From an uncultured Bulleidia sp. (GTDB taxonomy: Bacteria > Bacillota_I > Bacilli_A > Erysipelotrichales > Erysipelotrichaceae): DNA of 64,000 nt. The notes beneath the pieces are model-generated. The model worked only from the letters and a program-made list of their open reading frames with translations, was not told the origin of the DNA and made no database searches. This document shows, in pieces, positions 10,505-18,910 of the stretch. The position numbers and the translations under genes were made by a program. The first letter of the stretch is position 1. Each line of letters starts with the position of its first letter. The stretch covers positions 4,612 through 68,611 of the forward strand of contig CAKVLT010000001.1 in the NCBI GenBank assembly GCA_934757945.1, read 5' to 3'.

Positions 10505-11109
10505 TTTGTTTTCTCCTTTTCAATTCTTTCTGCCAGCATTTCTGCTGCTTTTGGAAGTAAAATCCATTCAGCCTGTTCCATGACTCTTTTCTGTAAGATT
10601 TCAGGTGTATCTCCTTCTTCCACTTCTACTGCTTTCTGATAGATGATTTCTCCTCCATCAGGAATAGCATTCACATAATGCACTGTTGCACCTGTCACTT
10701 TGACCCCCTTTGCAAGAGCTGCTTCATGTACTTTCAGACCATAATAGCCCTTACCACAGAAGGAAGGTATCAAAGAAGGGTGAATATTGATGATTCGTTG
10801 TGGATACGCCTCAATAACCTTATCTCCTAAGATACTCAGGAAGCCTGCAAGTACCACTTCTTCAATGCCATGAGACTGTAATACTTTCAGTAAAGCCGCA
10901 TCATACTCTTCCAGTGTGGCATATTCTTTTCTTTTTACCACACAGCTTTTAATACCATGATTCTTTGCTCTTTCCAAAGCATAGGCATCTTCTCTTGAAG
11001 CTACCACAAGAACAATTTCTCCGTGAGGAATCTTTCCTGCAAGCTGCGCATCGATTAATGCCTGCAGATTCGTACCTCCTCCACTGACCAGTACCGCAAT
11101 ACGTGTCAT
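10501..11109 (-). CDS. purN: phosphoribosylglycinamide formyltransferase
   Basis: 202 aa starting MTRIAVLVSGGGTNLQALIDA. Confidence 0.9.
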   Translation of the reverse strand: MTRIAVLVSGGGTNLQALIDAQLAGKIPHGEIVLVVASREDAYALERAKNHGIKSCVVKRKEYATLEEYDAALLKVLQSHGIEEVVLAGFLSILGDKVIEAYPQRIINIHPSLIPSFCGKGYYGLKVHEAALAKGVKVTGATVHYVNAIPDGGEIIYQKAVEVEEGDTPEILQKRVMEQAEWILLPKAAEMLAERIEKEKTK

Positions 11110-11111
11110 AC

Positions 11112-12158
11112 TCAGTCCTCAAATACTACAGTGTGCTGACCTTTGACCATCTTTCCAATCACTGTAGCCTGTACGCCATCCTTATGTAAAATATCCAATG
11201 TTTTTTCAACATCTGCTTTATCTACAATTACCATCATGCCTACACCCATATTGAATGTATTGTACATGTCGTGTTCAGGGATATTTCCAACTTCCTGAAT
11301 CAGAGGGAAGATAGCAGGCATGTCCCAGGAACCCTTTGTAATGCATGCGTCTAATTCTTTTGTATAAGCTCTAGGCATATTTTCATAGAAACCACCACCT
11401 GTAATATGAGCGATGGATTTCACATTTACTTCTTTTAACAGATGTAATACTGGTTTTACATACAGAGCAGTAGGTGTTAATAATGTCTCACCTAATGTCT
11501 TACCACCAAGTTTATCTGCATATGTATCCAAAGAAGCTTTATCGGTAATATCAAATACTTTTCTGACTAAAGAGAAACCATTGGAATGTACACCTGTGGA
11601 AGGTAATCCAATCAGTACATCGCCTTCTTTGACATCTTCTTTATTCAGGATTTTCTTTTCATCCACAACACCTACAGTAAATCCTGCAAGGTCATATTCA
11701 TCTACAGGCATCATACCAGGATGTTCTGCTGTTTCTCCACCAATCAGAGCACAACCACTTTCCTTACAGCCTTCTGCTACACCATGAACGATCTTTGCAA
11801 TCACTTCAGGTTCATTCTTTCCACAGGCAATGTAATCCAGGAAGAATAATGGTTCTGCACCAGCACAGATAACATCATTTACACACATAGCTACACAGTC
11901 GATACCGATTGTGTCGTGTTTGTCCAATAAGAAGGCAATCTTCAGTTTTGTACCTACACCATCTGTTCCAGACACCAGTACAGGTTTTTCCATTCCCTGC
12001 GTATTTGGAGCAAATAAGCCACCAAATCCACCGATGGAATCCAATACTTCCGGTCTGTTAGTAGACATAACATCTTTTTTAATCAGTTCTACAGATTTAT
12101 ATCCTGCTGTAACGTCTACACCTGCTGCCTTATAGCTTTCTGAATAACTCTTTTCCAT
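11112..12158 (-). CDS. purM: phosphoribosylformylglycinamidine cyclo-ligase (AIR synthetase)
   Basis: 348 aa with the AIRS N- and C-terminal domains. Confidence 0.9.
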   Translation of the reverse strand: MEKSYSESYKAAGVDVTAGYKSVELIKKDVMSTNRPEVLDSIGGFGGLFAPNTQGMEKPVLVSGTDGVGTKLKIAFLLDKHDTIGIDCVAMCVNDVICAGAEPLFFLDYIACGKNEPEVIAKIVHGVAEGCKESGCALIGGETAEHPGMMPVDEYDLAGFTVGVVDEKKILNKEDVKEGDVLIGLPSTGVHSNGFSLVRKVFDITDKASLDTYADKLGGKTLGETLLTPTALYVKPVLHLLKEVNVKSIAHITGGGFYENMPRAYTKELDACITKGSWDMPAIFPLIQEVGNIPEHDMYNTFNMGVGMMVIVDKADVEKTLDILHKDGVQATVIGKMVKGQHTVVFED

Positions 12159-12167
12159 GTTGTCCTC

Positions 12168-12662
12168 CTATTTATTAAATTCCTTTTCTACTTTTGCATT
12201 CTTTTCCAGAACGCCCTGTTTCATAGTTTCTCTGTCTTCTTCCAGTTTCTTCTGCAGTTCTTCATCAGAAACCGCTAAGATTTCCATTGCCAGATACGCT
12301 GCATTCTTAGCTCCGTCGATTGCGACAGTTGCTACAGGAATACCACTTGGCATCATCACTGTGGATAACAACGCATCCACACCATCCAGAGCAGCACTCT
12401 TTAACGGCACTCCGATAACAGGCACAGTGGTGTGTCCTGCCACAACTCCTGCAAGAGCCGCAGCCATACCTGCACCAGCAATAATGACACCTACATTGTT
12501 CTTTCTTGCATTTTCAGCAAGTTCTGCCACCTTTTCGGGAGTACGGTGTGCGGAATACACATGTACTTCATACTCCACTGAGAACTGTTCCAATACTGCT
12601 GTTGCTTTTTTCATAACTGGCAGATCACTGTCACTGCCCATAACAATACTAACTTTTTTCAT
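12168..12662 (-). CDS. purE: 5-(carboxyamino)imidazole ribonucleotide mutase
   Basis: MKKVSIVMGSDSDLPVM is the PurE signature. I moved the start to this internal ATG, which has a GGAAGGAG Shine-Dalgarno 8 nt upstream. The track start at 12698 would lie inside the leader terminator hairpin. Confidence 0.88.
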   Translation of the reverse strand: MKKVSIVMGSDSDLPVMKKATAVLEQFSVEYEVHVYSAHRTPEKVAELAENARKNNVGVIIAGAGMAAALAGVVAGHTTVPVIGVPLKSAALDGVDALLSTVMMPSGIPVATVAIDGAKNAAYLAMEILAVSDEELQKKLEEDRETMKQGVLEKNAKVEKEFNK

Positions 12663-12684
12663 AAACGTACTCCTTCCAATACAA

Positions 12685-12720
12685 TAGAAAAAACCCATGG
12701 ATAGTATTAGTCCATGGGTT
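12685..12720 (-). terminator. intrinsic terminator/attenuator in the purE 5' leader
   Basis: A perfect 10-bp stem AACCCATGGA/TCCATGGGTT with a 9-nt loop is followed by TTTTTT on the minus strand, about 25 nt upstream of the purE Shine-Dalgarno. Confidence 0.6.
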
Positions 12721-12915
12721 TAGATTCCAAGTTGTTCTTTGCAGACAAAAAAATGGCAGTGTGCAACCAGACTGATTCAAAGCATGAAACACAATATCCC
12801 ATATTCTTGTCTCCTCAACGCCACTATATTATTAAAAAACAGGGTAAATGTAAAGTGGATTCTATTGACAAAACATACTATGCATTATACAGTACTGTTA
12901 TAAAGGAGGTATGCC

Positions 12916-13233
12916 ATGGATTCCCAATTAAAGAAGGGTGTTCTGGATGTTTGTGTCCTTACCGCTGTGTATTCCAAAGATTCCTACGGATACCAAATTA
13001 TCAAGGATCTGAAAGATGTGATTGAGATTTCAGAATCCACTCTGTATCCCATCCTGAGAAGACTGGAAAAAAATGGATATCTTACGGTCTACACTCAGGA
13101 ACATCATTACAGGCTGCGTAAAATGTACAGCATCACCCATGAAGGAAAGCAAAGAATTGAAGAATATCTCAAAGACTTACAGGAACTGAAAACTATTACG
13201 CATTTTATTGAAAAGGAGATTACGTATGATTGA
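12916..13233 (+). CDS. PadR-family transcriptional regulator
   Basis: 105 aa with a winged HTH (LDVCVLTAVYSKDSYGYQIIKDL...STLYPILRRLEKNGYL). Confidence 0.9.
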   Translation: MDSQLKKGVLDVCVLTAVYSKDSYGYQIIKDLKDVIEISESTLYPILRRLEKNGYLTVYTQEHHYRLRKMYSITHEGKQRIEEYLKDLQELKTITHFIEKEITYD

Positions 13234-14101
13234 AGAATATCTGCAGAAATTACAACAAACCTTACTGGCAAATCACTATGACGATGTAGAAAATGCCCTG
13301 GACTACATTATGGAATGTATCGAAGACAAAAAGGAAGAAGGGTGCAGTGAACAGGAAATCCTGGATACATTCGGCACAGTAGAAACCTTGGCTTCTTCTA
13401 TTACCGGCAAACAGGTTAAACCAGCCACCACCTCCTATTCCATCAAACACATTATCACTGAACTGACCAATACAGATCTTGAAATCAGTGAGTCAGACTG
13501 TTTTAACGTGGAAGTCAACTATCCAGATAACGGCAATTATGATGTACACGAAGAAGGAGACACCTTATATATCAAAGAGAAGAAAAACGGACGCTCTATT
13601 TTCTCTTTCTCCAGAAAGATCATCATTTCTTTACCTAAAGACTATCCTCTTTCTACCTTAAAGATTACAGCCGCCACCTCTGATACTCTGCTGTATCACA
13701 TCTTCGTTTCTGATGTGCAGGTACAGGCAGATTGCGGAGATTTACACACGGAAGACTGTTTCCTGTCACATGTGGATATTACAGCAAAATCCTCAGATAT
13801 AGACATAGAGAAAGGATCTCTGGAACAGGGGACACTGCATACAGCCTCTGGAGATATTCATATAGAAGATTGTTCCTTAGGTACTGTTTCCATTACTGCT
13901 GCTTCCGGCGATGTGTCCATAGAAGAATCCGATCTGTCACATCTGGATATTTCCACAAATTCCGGAGATGTAGACCTGGATCTTCCATGTGAAGAAGAAC
14001 AGTACACCATACATAAAAACTATGAAACAACAGGAACCGGATTAAAACAGATTACTATAAAAACAAAATCCGGAGATATCGACATTGACTTTGCCTATTA
14101 A
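13226..14101 (+). CDS. DUF1700/DUF4097 (putative adhesin beta-repeat) protein, the usual PadR partner
   Basis: The N-terminus is DUF1700-like. The C-terminus has SGD[IV]xIE repeats. The start overlaps the PadR stop as ATGATTGA. Confidence 0.8.
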   Translation: MIEEYLQKLQQTLLANHYDDVENALDYIMECIEDKKEEGCSEQEILDTFGTVETLASSITGKQVKPATTSYSIKHIITELTNTDLEISESDCFNVEVNYPDNGNYDVHEEGDTLYIKEKKNGRSIFSFSRKIIISLPKDYPLSTLKITAATSDTLLYHIFVSDVQVQADCGDLHTEDCFLSHVDITAKSSDIDIEKGSLEQGTLHTASGDIHIEDCSLGTVSITAASGDVSIEESDLSHLDISTNSGDVDLDLPCEEEQYTIHKNYETTGTGLKQITIKTKSGDIDIDFAY

Positions 14102-14112
14102 ATACTGAAACC

Positions 14113-14165
14113 AAAAAACCTCTTTGTACTTCACTACAAGTGTCATACAGAGAGGTTCTTTCTAT
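14113..14165. terminator. bidirectional terminator between convergent genes
   Basis: An AACCTCTTTGTA...TACAGAGAGGTT inverted repeat is flanked by an A-run on one side and a T-run on the other. Confidence 0.6.
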
Positions 14166-15454
14166 TTTTCTTTTGTATAGCATGGAACACTCACAGATTC
14201 TCTTATCTGTCCGTTACCATGAATGATATATTTATATGTACATAGTTCTTCCAGTCCCATAGGGCCTCTTGCATGCAGTTTCTGAGTACTGATACCCATT
14301 TCACAGCCCAGACCAAATTCACCTCCGTCAGTAAATCTTGTGCTGGCATTGACGTAGACAGCTGCACTGTCCACACATCTTGTAAAAAGATCTGCATTCT
14401 TTTGAGAATTGGTAAGAATCGTTTCGGAATGATGTGTAGAATGCAAAGCAATGTGATGAATAGCTTCCTGTACATCTTCTACAACCCCGACACTCATCTT
14501 ATAGTCCATATATTCTGTATCATAGTCTGCATCCTGTAAGGGGATACCGGGAATGATTTTCCCGGCAGTTTCATCCACATGCATTTCTACTTGTGGCAAC
14601 CCTTTTTTCTGCTTTTCTGTAACCAGCCTCTGATACAGTAATGGTAAAAAGGTGCCGGCAATATTTTTATGTACAAGTACGGTCTCTATGGCATTACATA
14701 CACTTGGTCTGCTGGTTTTGGCATTATCAATGACATTTAATGCCATTTCCACATCTGCACTTTCATCCACAAACACATGACAGATACCAGTACCTGTTTC
14801 AATACATGGCACCGTAGCATTTTCAACACATGCCTGTATCAGTCTTTTTCCGCCTCTTGGAATCAATAAATCTACCAATCCTCTTGCCTGCATCAATTCC
14901 GTAGCACTTGCATGACTTGTATCCTGCACAAGGCTGATACATTCTTCAGGCAATCCTGCACGTACAATACCTTTTCTTAAAGCCACTACAATAGCATTAC
15001 AGGTATTCCATGCCTCATGACCACATCGTAAAATACAGGCACTTCCTGCTTTTAAGGAAAGTGCAGCAGCATCACTTGTAACATTTGGTCTGCTTTCATA
15101 AATGATAGCAATGACTCCCATTGGTATACTGACTTTATCTATCTTTAAACCATTGGGTCTTTCTATGGTTTTCAATACTTTGCCCACTGGATCATCCAGA
15201 TACATCACATCCAAAATACCTTTGGCCATAGCCTGTATCCTATCTTCATTCAGCATAAGTCTGTCCAGCATTACTTCAGAGATGTGTTGTCTTGCGGCAT
15301 CCATATCTTTTTTATTTACCTCAAGAATTGAAGCTGTATTTTCTACAAGGGATTGTGCCATAGACTGCAGAGCATTATTTTTTACCTCTGTATCTGTCAG
15401 AGCAAGAAACAGTTTGGCTTTCTGACTTTGTTGAAGTATTTCCTTAGTCGTCAT
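14162..15454 (-). CDS. proA: gamma-glutamyl phosphate reductase
   Basis: Aldehyde dehydrogenase fold. The start is set at MTTKEIL; the longer track ORF would overlap proB. Confidence 0.88.
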   Translation of the reverse strand: MTTKEILQQSQKAKLFLALTDTEVKNNALQSMAQSLVENTASILEVNKKDMDAARQHISEVMLDRLMLNEDRIQAMAKGILDVMYLDDPVGKVLKTIERPNGLKIDKVSIPMGVIAIIYESRPNVTSDAAALSLKAGSACILRCGHEAWNTCNAIVVALRKGIVRAGLPEECISLVQDTSHASATELMQARGLVDLLIPRGGKRLIQACVENATVPCIETGTGICHVFVDESADVEMALNVIDNAKTSRPSVCNAIETVLVHKNIAGTFLPLLYQRLVTEKQKKGLPQVEMHVDETAGKIIPGIPLQDADYDTEYMDYKMSVGVVEDVQEAIHHIALHSTHHSETILTNSQKNADLFTRCVDSAAVYVNASTRFTDGGEFGLGCEMGISTQKLHARGPMGLEELCTYKYIIHGNGQIRESVSVPCYTKEK

Positions 15455-16217
15455 GTCTTTGCCCCATAAATCTTGTGCCAACTGATTTACCATCCATAAT
15501 ATCGTATAACACGATTGGGTTAGCACCGTTTGTAATAATCATATCTGTTCCTGCTTCTGTAACCATCTTTGCGGCAGAAATCTTTGTCTGCATACCACCT
15601 GTACCTAAAGCAGTACCTGCGCCTCCTGCAAGAGCTTCTATGTCTTCGGTTATCTCTGCAACTACAGGTATCAGTTTAGCTTCAGGATCTTTATGCGGAT
15701 CACTTGTATACAGGCCTTCGATATCTGAAAGTAATACCACCATATCTGCATGAATACATTTCGCTACCAGTGCGGCAAGGGTGTCATTATCTCCTACAGA
15801 ATATTCCTCACAAGCTACAGAGTCATTTTCATTAATAATAGGAATAACACGTAGCTGTAATAATCTTTCCAGTGTATTAGAAAGATTATGTAATCTTTCA
15901 GAATCTTCAAAATCCTGCCATGTCAGCAGCATCTGTGCCACTGTATGGTTGTACATACCAAACAGTCTGTCATAGGTATACATCAGTTCACACTGTCCTA
16001 CAGCTGCAGCTGCCTGTTTTGTAATCATGTCCGAAGGTCTTTCAATCTGTAATTTTCCTACACCAAGACCCGTTGCAGCACTGGAAACCACTACCAGTTC
16101 ATGTCCTGCATTAGCAATATCACTCCATACTTTCACAAGTTGTTCTACATGACGGATGTCCATACCTCCAGCTTCATGCATTAAAGTACTTGTGCCTACT
16201 TTTACTACTATTCTCAT
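15444..16217 (-). CDS. proB: glutamate 5-kinase (short form without a PUA domain)
   Basis: 257 aa with an amino-acid kinase fold, starting MRIVVKVGTSTL. Confidence 0.88.
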   Translation of the reverse strand: MRIVVKVGTSTLMHEAGGMDIRHVEQLVKVWSDIANAGHELVVVSSAATGLGVGKLQIERPSDMITKQAAAAVGQCELMYTYDRLFGMYNHTVAQMLLTWQDFEDSERLHNLSNTLERLLQLRVIPIINENDSVACEEYSVGDNDTLAALVAKCIHADMVVLLSDIEGLYTSDPHKDPEAKLIPVVAEITEDIEALAGGAGTALGTGGMQTKISAAKMVTEAGTDMIITNGANPIVLYDIMDGKSVGTRFMGQRHDD

Positions 16218-16220
16218 ATA

Positions 16221-17021
16221 TTATTTTCCTAAATCCTTTGTCTTTTCATATGCAGCAATAACACTGTCCATTACCGTCCCTCTGAATCCATGTTCTTCCA
16301 GAGTTCTTACACCCTGAATAGTGGAGCCACCCGGAGAACACACCTCATCTTTTAACTGTCCTGGATGTTTACCTGTTTCCAATACCATGGAAGCACTGCC
16401 AAACACCATCTGTGCAGCATATGTCATAGCCTTCTGTCTTGGCAAGCCACAAGCCACTCCACCATCTGCCAGTGCTTCTATAAAAGCATATACAAAAGCA
16501 GGTCCGCATCCTGAAACACTGCTTGCGGCATCCATATCTTTTTCACTTACTTCATCCAGTACCCCACACAGTTTCATTGCCTGTACCCATGTGTCTAACT
16601 GTGTATCGTTTACATTCTGATAACAATACTGAATCATCCCTTTACCTAACAGTACGGGGGTATTGGGCATGATACGGATAATGGGGTAAGTACCCTGTAC
16701 CATATCCAGAAGTTTGGACATGGATAGGCCAGTTGCCATACTGACAAGTACAAAAGAACCTGTATCTCTTCCTTTTAAAATATCCGCAATACCTTCCAGC
16801 ATATCTTTCATCATCTGCGGTTTTACACACAGGAAGATATAGTCACATGTAGAAGCCACTTCTTCATTTGTGCCATATACACATCCTAATTCCTGTGCAA
16901 GATTTTCTGCTTTAGACAGTGTTCTGTTAGCCAGTAACACTTCCTTTGGATCTACAACGGCACACAGTGCTTTAGCTACTGCGCCTCCCATATTTCCACA
17001 TCCTATAAAACCATATCGCAT
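16221..17021 (-). CDS. proC: pyrroline-5-carboxylate reductase
   Basis: 266 aa starting MRYGFIGCGNMGGAVAKAL, with an NADP Rossmann fold. Confidence 0.9.
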   Translation of the reverse strand: MRYGFIGCGNMGGAVAKALCAVVDPKEVLLANRTLSKAENLAQELGCVYGTNEEVASTCDYIFLCVKPQMMKDMLEGIADILKGRDTGSFVLVSMATGLSMSKLLDMVQGTYPIIRIMPNTPVLLGKGMIQYCYQNVNDTQLDTWVQAMKLCGVLDEVSEKDMDAASSVSGCGPAFVYAFIEALADGGVACGLPRQKAMTYAAQMVFGSASMVLETGKHPGQLKDEVCSPGGSTIQGVRTLEEHGFRGTVMDSVIAAYEKTKDLGK

Positions 17022-17086
17022 ACGTACATACCCCTCTTTTTCTTTTTGCTAACAACAATAGTACTATTTTCTTTTTATTTCTCAAG

Positions 17087-17136
17087 GACACAAAGAAAAA
17101 AGTGTGGAATCTGCATGATATACACAGATTCCACAC
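17087..17136 (-). terminator. strong hairpin plus T-run in the proC upstream region
   Basis: A perfect 12-bp stem GTGTGGAATCTG/CAGATTCCACAC with an 11-nt loop is followed by TTTTTTCTTTGT on the minus strand. It lies about 65 nt upstream of the proC ATG. Confidence 0.6.
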
Positions 17137-17137
17137 A

Positions 17138-17495
17138 ACTGACAGATAAAATTATTCACTCCAATGCCGTACCATCATCTCAATATCTTCCTCACGCCAT
17201 TCCACTTTCTCTGGCAAGATTTTGAATAGTCTTTTCATCCATGCCTGTCACATCCTGTATAAAAGAAATATTCATATTTTTCTTCAGCACTTCCCTGCTG
17301 GATACCTTTTTCTTCTCTTACCTGCATAAGTTCTTCTAGCTGCATATATTGACTCCTTATGTATTTGTCTTTCCTTAATTTCTGTACCTTCAGCTCGATT
17401 TCTCGGGAAAAGGTGCCTGTAGCTTCATGTGTCTGAATGTAGTGATAAAACCACTTTAAATCAGGATCTTCTACATTCAAAGCTGTTGTGTTCAT
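17138..17495 (-). pseudogene. decayed remnant, possibly the C-terminal part of an Rpn/YhgA-like gene
   Basis: An 86-aa ORF with no Shine-Dalgarno is followed by an overlapping 28-aa ORF in another frame. The residual EEKGIQQG and GMDEKTIQNLARESGM-type motifs resemble Rpn C-termini. Confidence 0.3.
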
Positions 17496-17520
17496 ATATA
17501 CTGTATATCGTTCATCTTCT

Positions 17521-17573
17521 CAAAAAAAGAGAAAAATGCAGAAGAATTTCCATTTAAGGAATCTCTTCCGCAT
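17521..17573 (-). terminator. rho-independent terminator after the ECF S-component gene
   Basis: An ATGCGGAAGA...TCTTCTGCAT stem with one G-U pair is followed by TTTTCTCTTTTTTT on the minus strand. Confidence 0.65.
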
Positions 17574-17594
17574 TTTGACTGACAATACTGATTC

Positions 17595-18185
17595 TTAATC
17601 CTTTGGTGCAATCTTCTGTAAGACACCGTTAGACTTTAATCTAGGATAAATTGCCACATATAACGCTGAAGCAATTACAATAGCCAGTACAGCATTCACA
17701 CCTGTTGTAACAAATTTAGCCACTGCTAAATACGTAGCTGCTTTTTCAGCATTTCCCAAAGCAATCAAATAATATAAATAAGAGATAACTGGCTCACCAA
17801 TCATGTTAAATACCATACCACCTGTGCAGGACAGTACAACACTTCTGTATAAGTCTTTACCTGTCTTCTTTGTGATGTGGAATACTTTATGTGCAAGCAA
17901 ACCGGTCACAAGTCCAATACCCATTTTCAGAATCAATGTTTTTGGTGCTACTGTAATATATACAGGATCTAACAGATCACCGATGCCCATACCTACAGCA
18001 CCTGCAATACCACCAGGCACCCCACCCAGCAATAATGCGGCCAATACACAGAATGTGTTTCCCAGATGGAATGAAGTAAAGCCAACTGGTGTTGGAATCT
18101 TAATCTGTAAGAAAGTGAAAGATACATAACATAAAGCTATCATCAATGCTGTTACAGCAAGCTTCAAAGTTTTTTCGTTTTTCAT
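17595..18185 (-). CDS. ECF transporter substrate-specific (S) component, substrate unknown
   Basis: 196 aa with six transmembrane helices and a Gly-rich GGVPGGIAGAVGMGIGD loop. Size and topology fit the EcfS family. No ECF A/T genes are nearby. Confidence 0.7.
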   Translation of the reverse strand: MKNEKTLKLAVTALMIALCYVSFTFLQIKIPTPVGFTSFHLGNTFCVLAALLLGGVPGGIAGAVGMGIGDLLDPVYITVAPKTLILKMGIGLVTGLLAHKVFHITKKTGKDLYRSVVLSCTGGMVFNMIGEPVISYLYYLIALGNAEKAATYLAVAKFVTTGVNAVLAIVIASALYVAIYPRLKSNGVLQKIAPKD

Positions 18186-18281
18186 ATGTCTAATCTCCTA
18201 TGCACACTAAGATACTCACTGCACAGAAGAATAAAAAGGACCAGTTCACATTATTTTTATATGTCCAGTATTCACTTTTTA

Positions 18282-18824
18282 TTATTTTTGTCCTTGAATC
18301 ACCATCTCTACCTTAGGCACGACCATATTCCTGAGGCTTCTGTAAGTACTGGCAGTAGCCCAGATATATACACAACCTGTGAATAACGTCTGTAAGGTAG
18401 AAGCCATTTCTTTTTGACCAGTTTCTTTACACAGTTCTTCCAGATAGTAATAAAAAGGATGTCTTGCCGTACCAGTCCTTGTATTGATCATCTTCTGTAT
18501 AACATTGAGATACAGTGCTCTTTTTACCACCTCAACCCCCATCTCTTCATAATAAGAAGCTAAAGAAGAAAACAGGAATACTACTTTTTCCTGATATGTA
18601 GAATACACATCTACTTCCTGACGTAATTCTTCTATATTCATTTTAGAAGAATCAAACTGTTCCAGGATAATATCATCTTTACTGTCAAAGTAATAGTAAA
18701 AGGTATTTTTGGAAATATTCGCAGCCTTAGCTATATCAATGACCGTCACCGCATCAAATCCTTTTTCTTTAAATAAAGCCAGTGCTTTATACCGAATTTC
18801 CTTTTTCTTTTCTGTCCCCTTCAT
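18282..18824 (-). CDS. TetR/AcrR-family transcriptional regulator
   Basis: 180 aa with an N-terminal TetR HTH (YKALALFKEKGFDAVTVIDIAKAANISKNTFYYYF). Confidence 0.9.
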   Translation of the reverse strand: MKGTEKKKEIRYKALALFKEKGFDAVTVIDIAKAANISKNTFYYYFDSKDDIILEQFDSSKMNIEELRQEVDVYSTYQEKVVFLFSSLASYYEEMGVEVVKRALYLNVIQKMINTRTGTARHPFYYYLEELCKETGQKEMASTLQTLFTGCVYIWATASTYRSLRNMVVPKVEMVIQGQK

Positions 18825-18858
18825 ATATTCGCACCTCCTGTAAGCGGTTTCTGTTTAC

Positions 18859-18888
18859 ATAATTATATTACCGCGGTAATATAATTAT
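18859..18888. promoter_or_regulatory. 30-bp perfect palindrome, candidate TetR operator
   Basis: ATAATTATATTACCG|CGGTAATATAATTAT has exact dyad symmetry. It sits in the divergent region between the TetR gene and the DUF871 gene. Confidence 0.6.
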
Positions 18889-18910
18889 ACAACAAGGAGT
18901 GAAAAAAAAT

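Noticed and set aside
12157-12687. A 176-aa plus-strand ORF exactly mirroring purE
   Set aside because: It is antisense to a gene with unmistakable PurE motifs. Its product is low-complexity and Ser/Ala-rich and has no Shine-Dalgarno. It is a typical shadow ORF.
12730-12860. Attempted call of a canonical guanine/adenine riboswitch in the purE leader
   Set aside because: Only fragments (AUAUGG, GUUUC) are present. The conserved GUUUCUACC and CCGUAAAU elements and the P2/P3 geometry could not be found by eye, so I reported only an unclassified attenuator.
12714-13025. A 103-aa plus-strand ORF spanning the purE leader and the PadR start
   Set aside because: It overlaps the leader terminator and the PadR gene in another frame. 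It has no Shine-Dalgarno and is not plausible.
17022-17500. T-box leader upstream of proC, as seen for B. subtilis proBA
   Set aside because: No AGGGUGGNACCGCG T-box sequence or specifier-loop architecture is visible. Only a plain terminator hairpin is.
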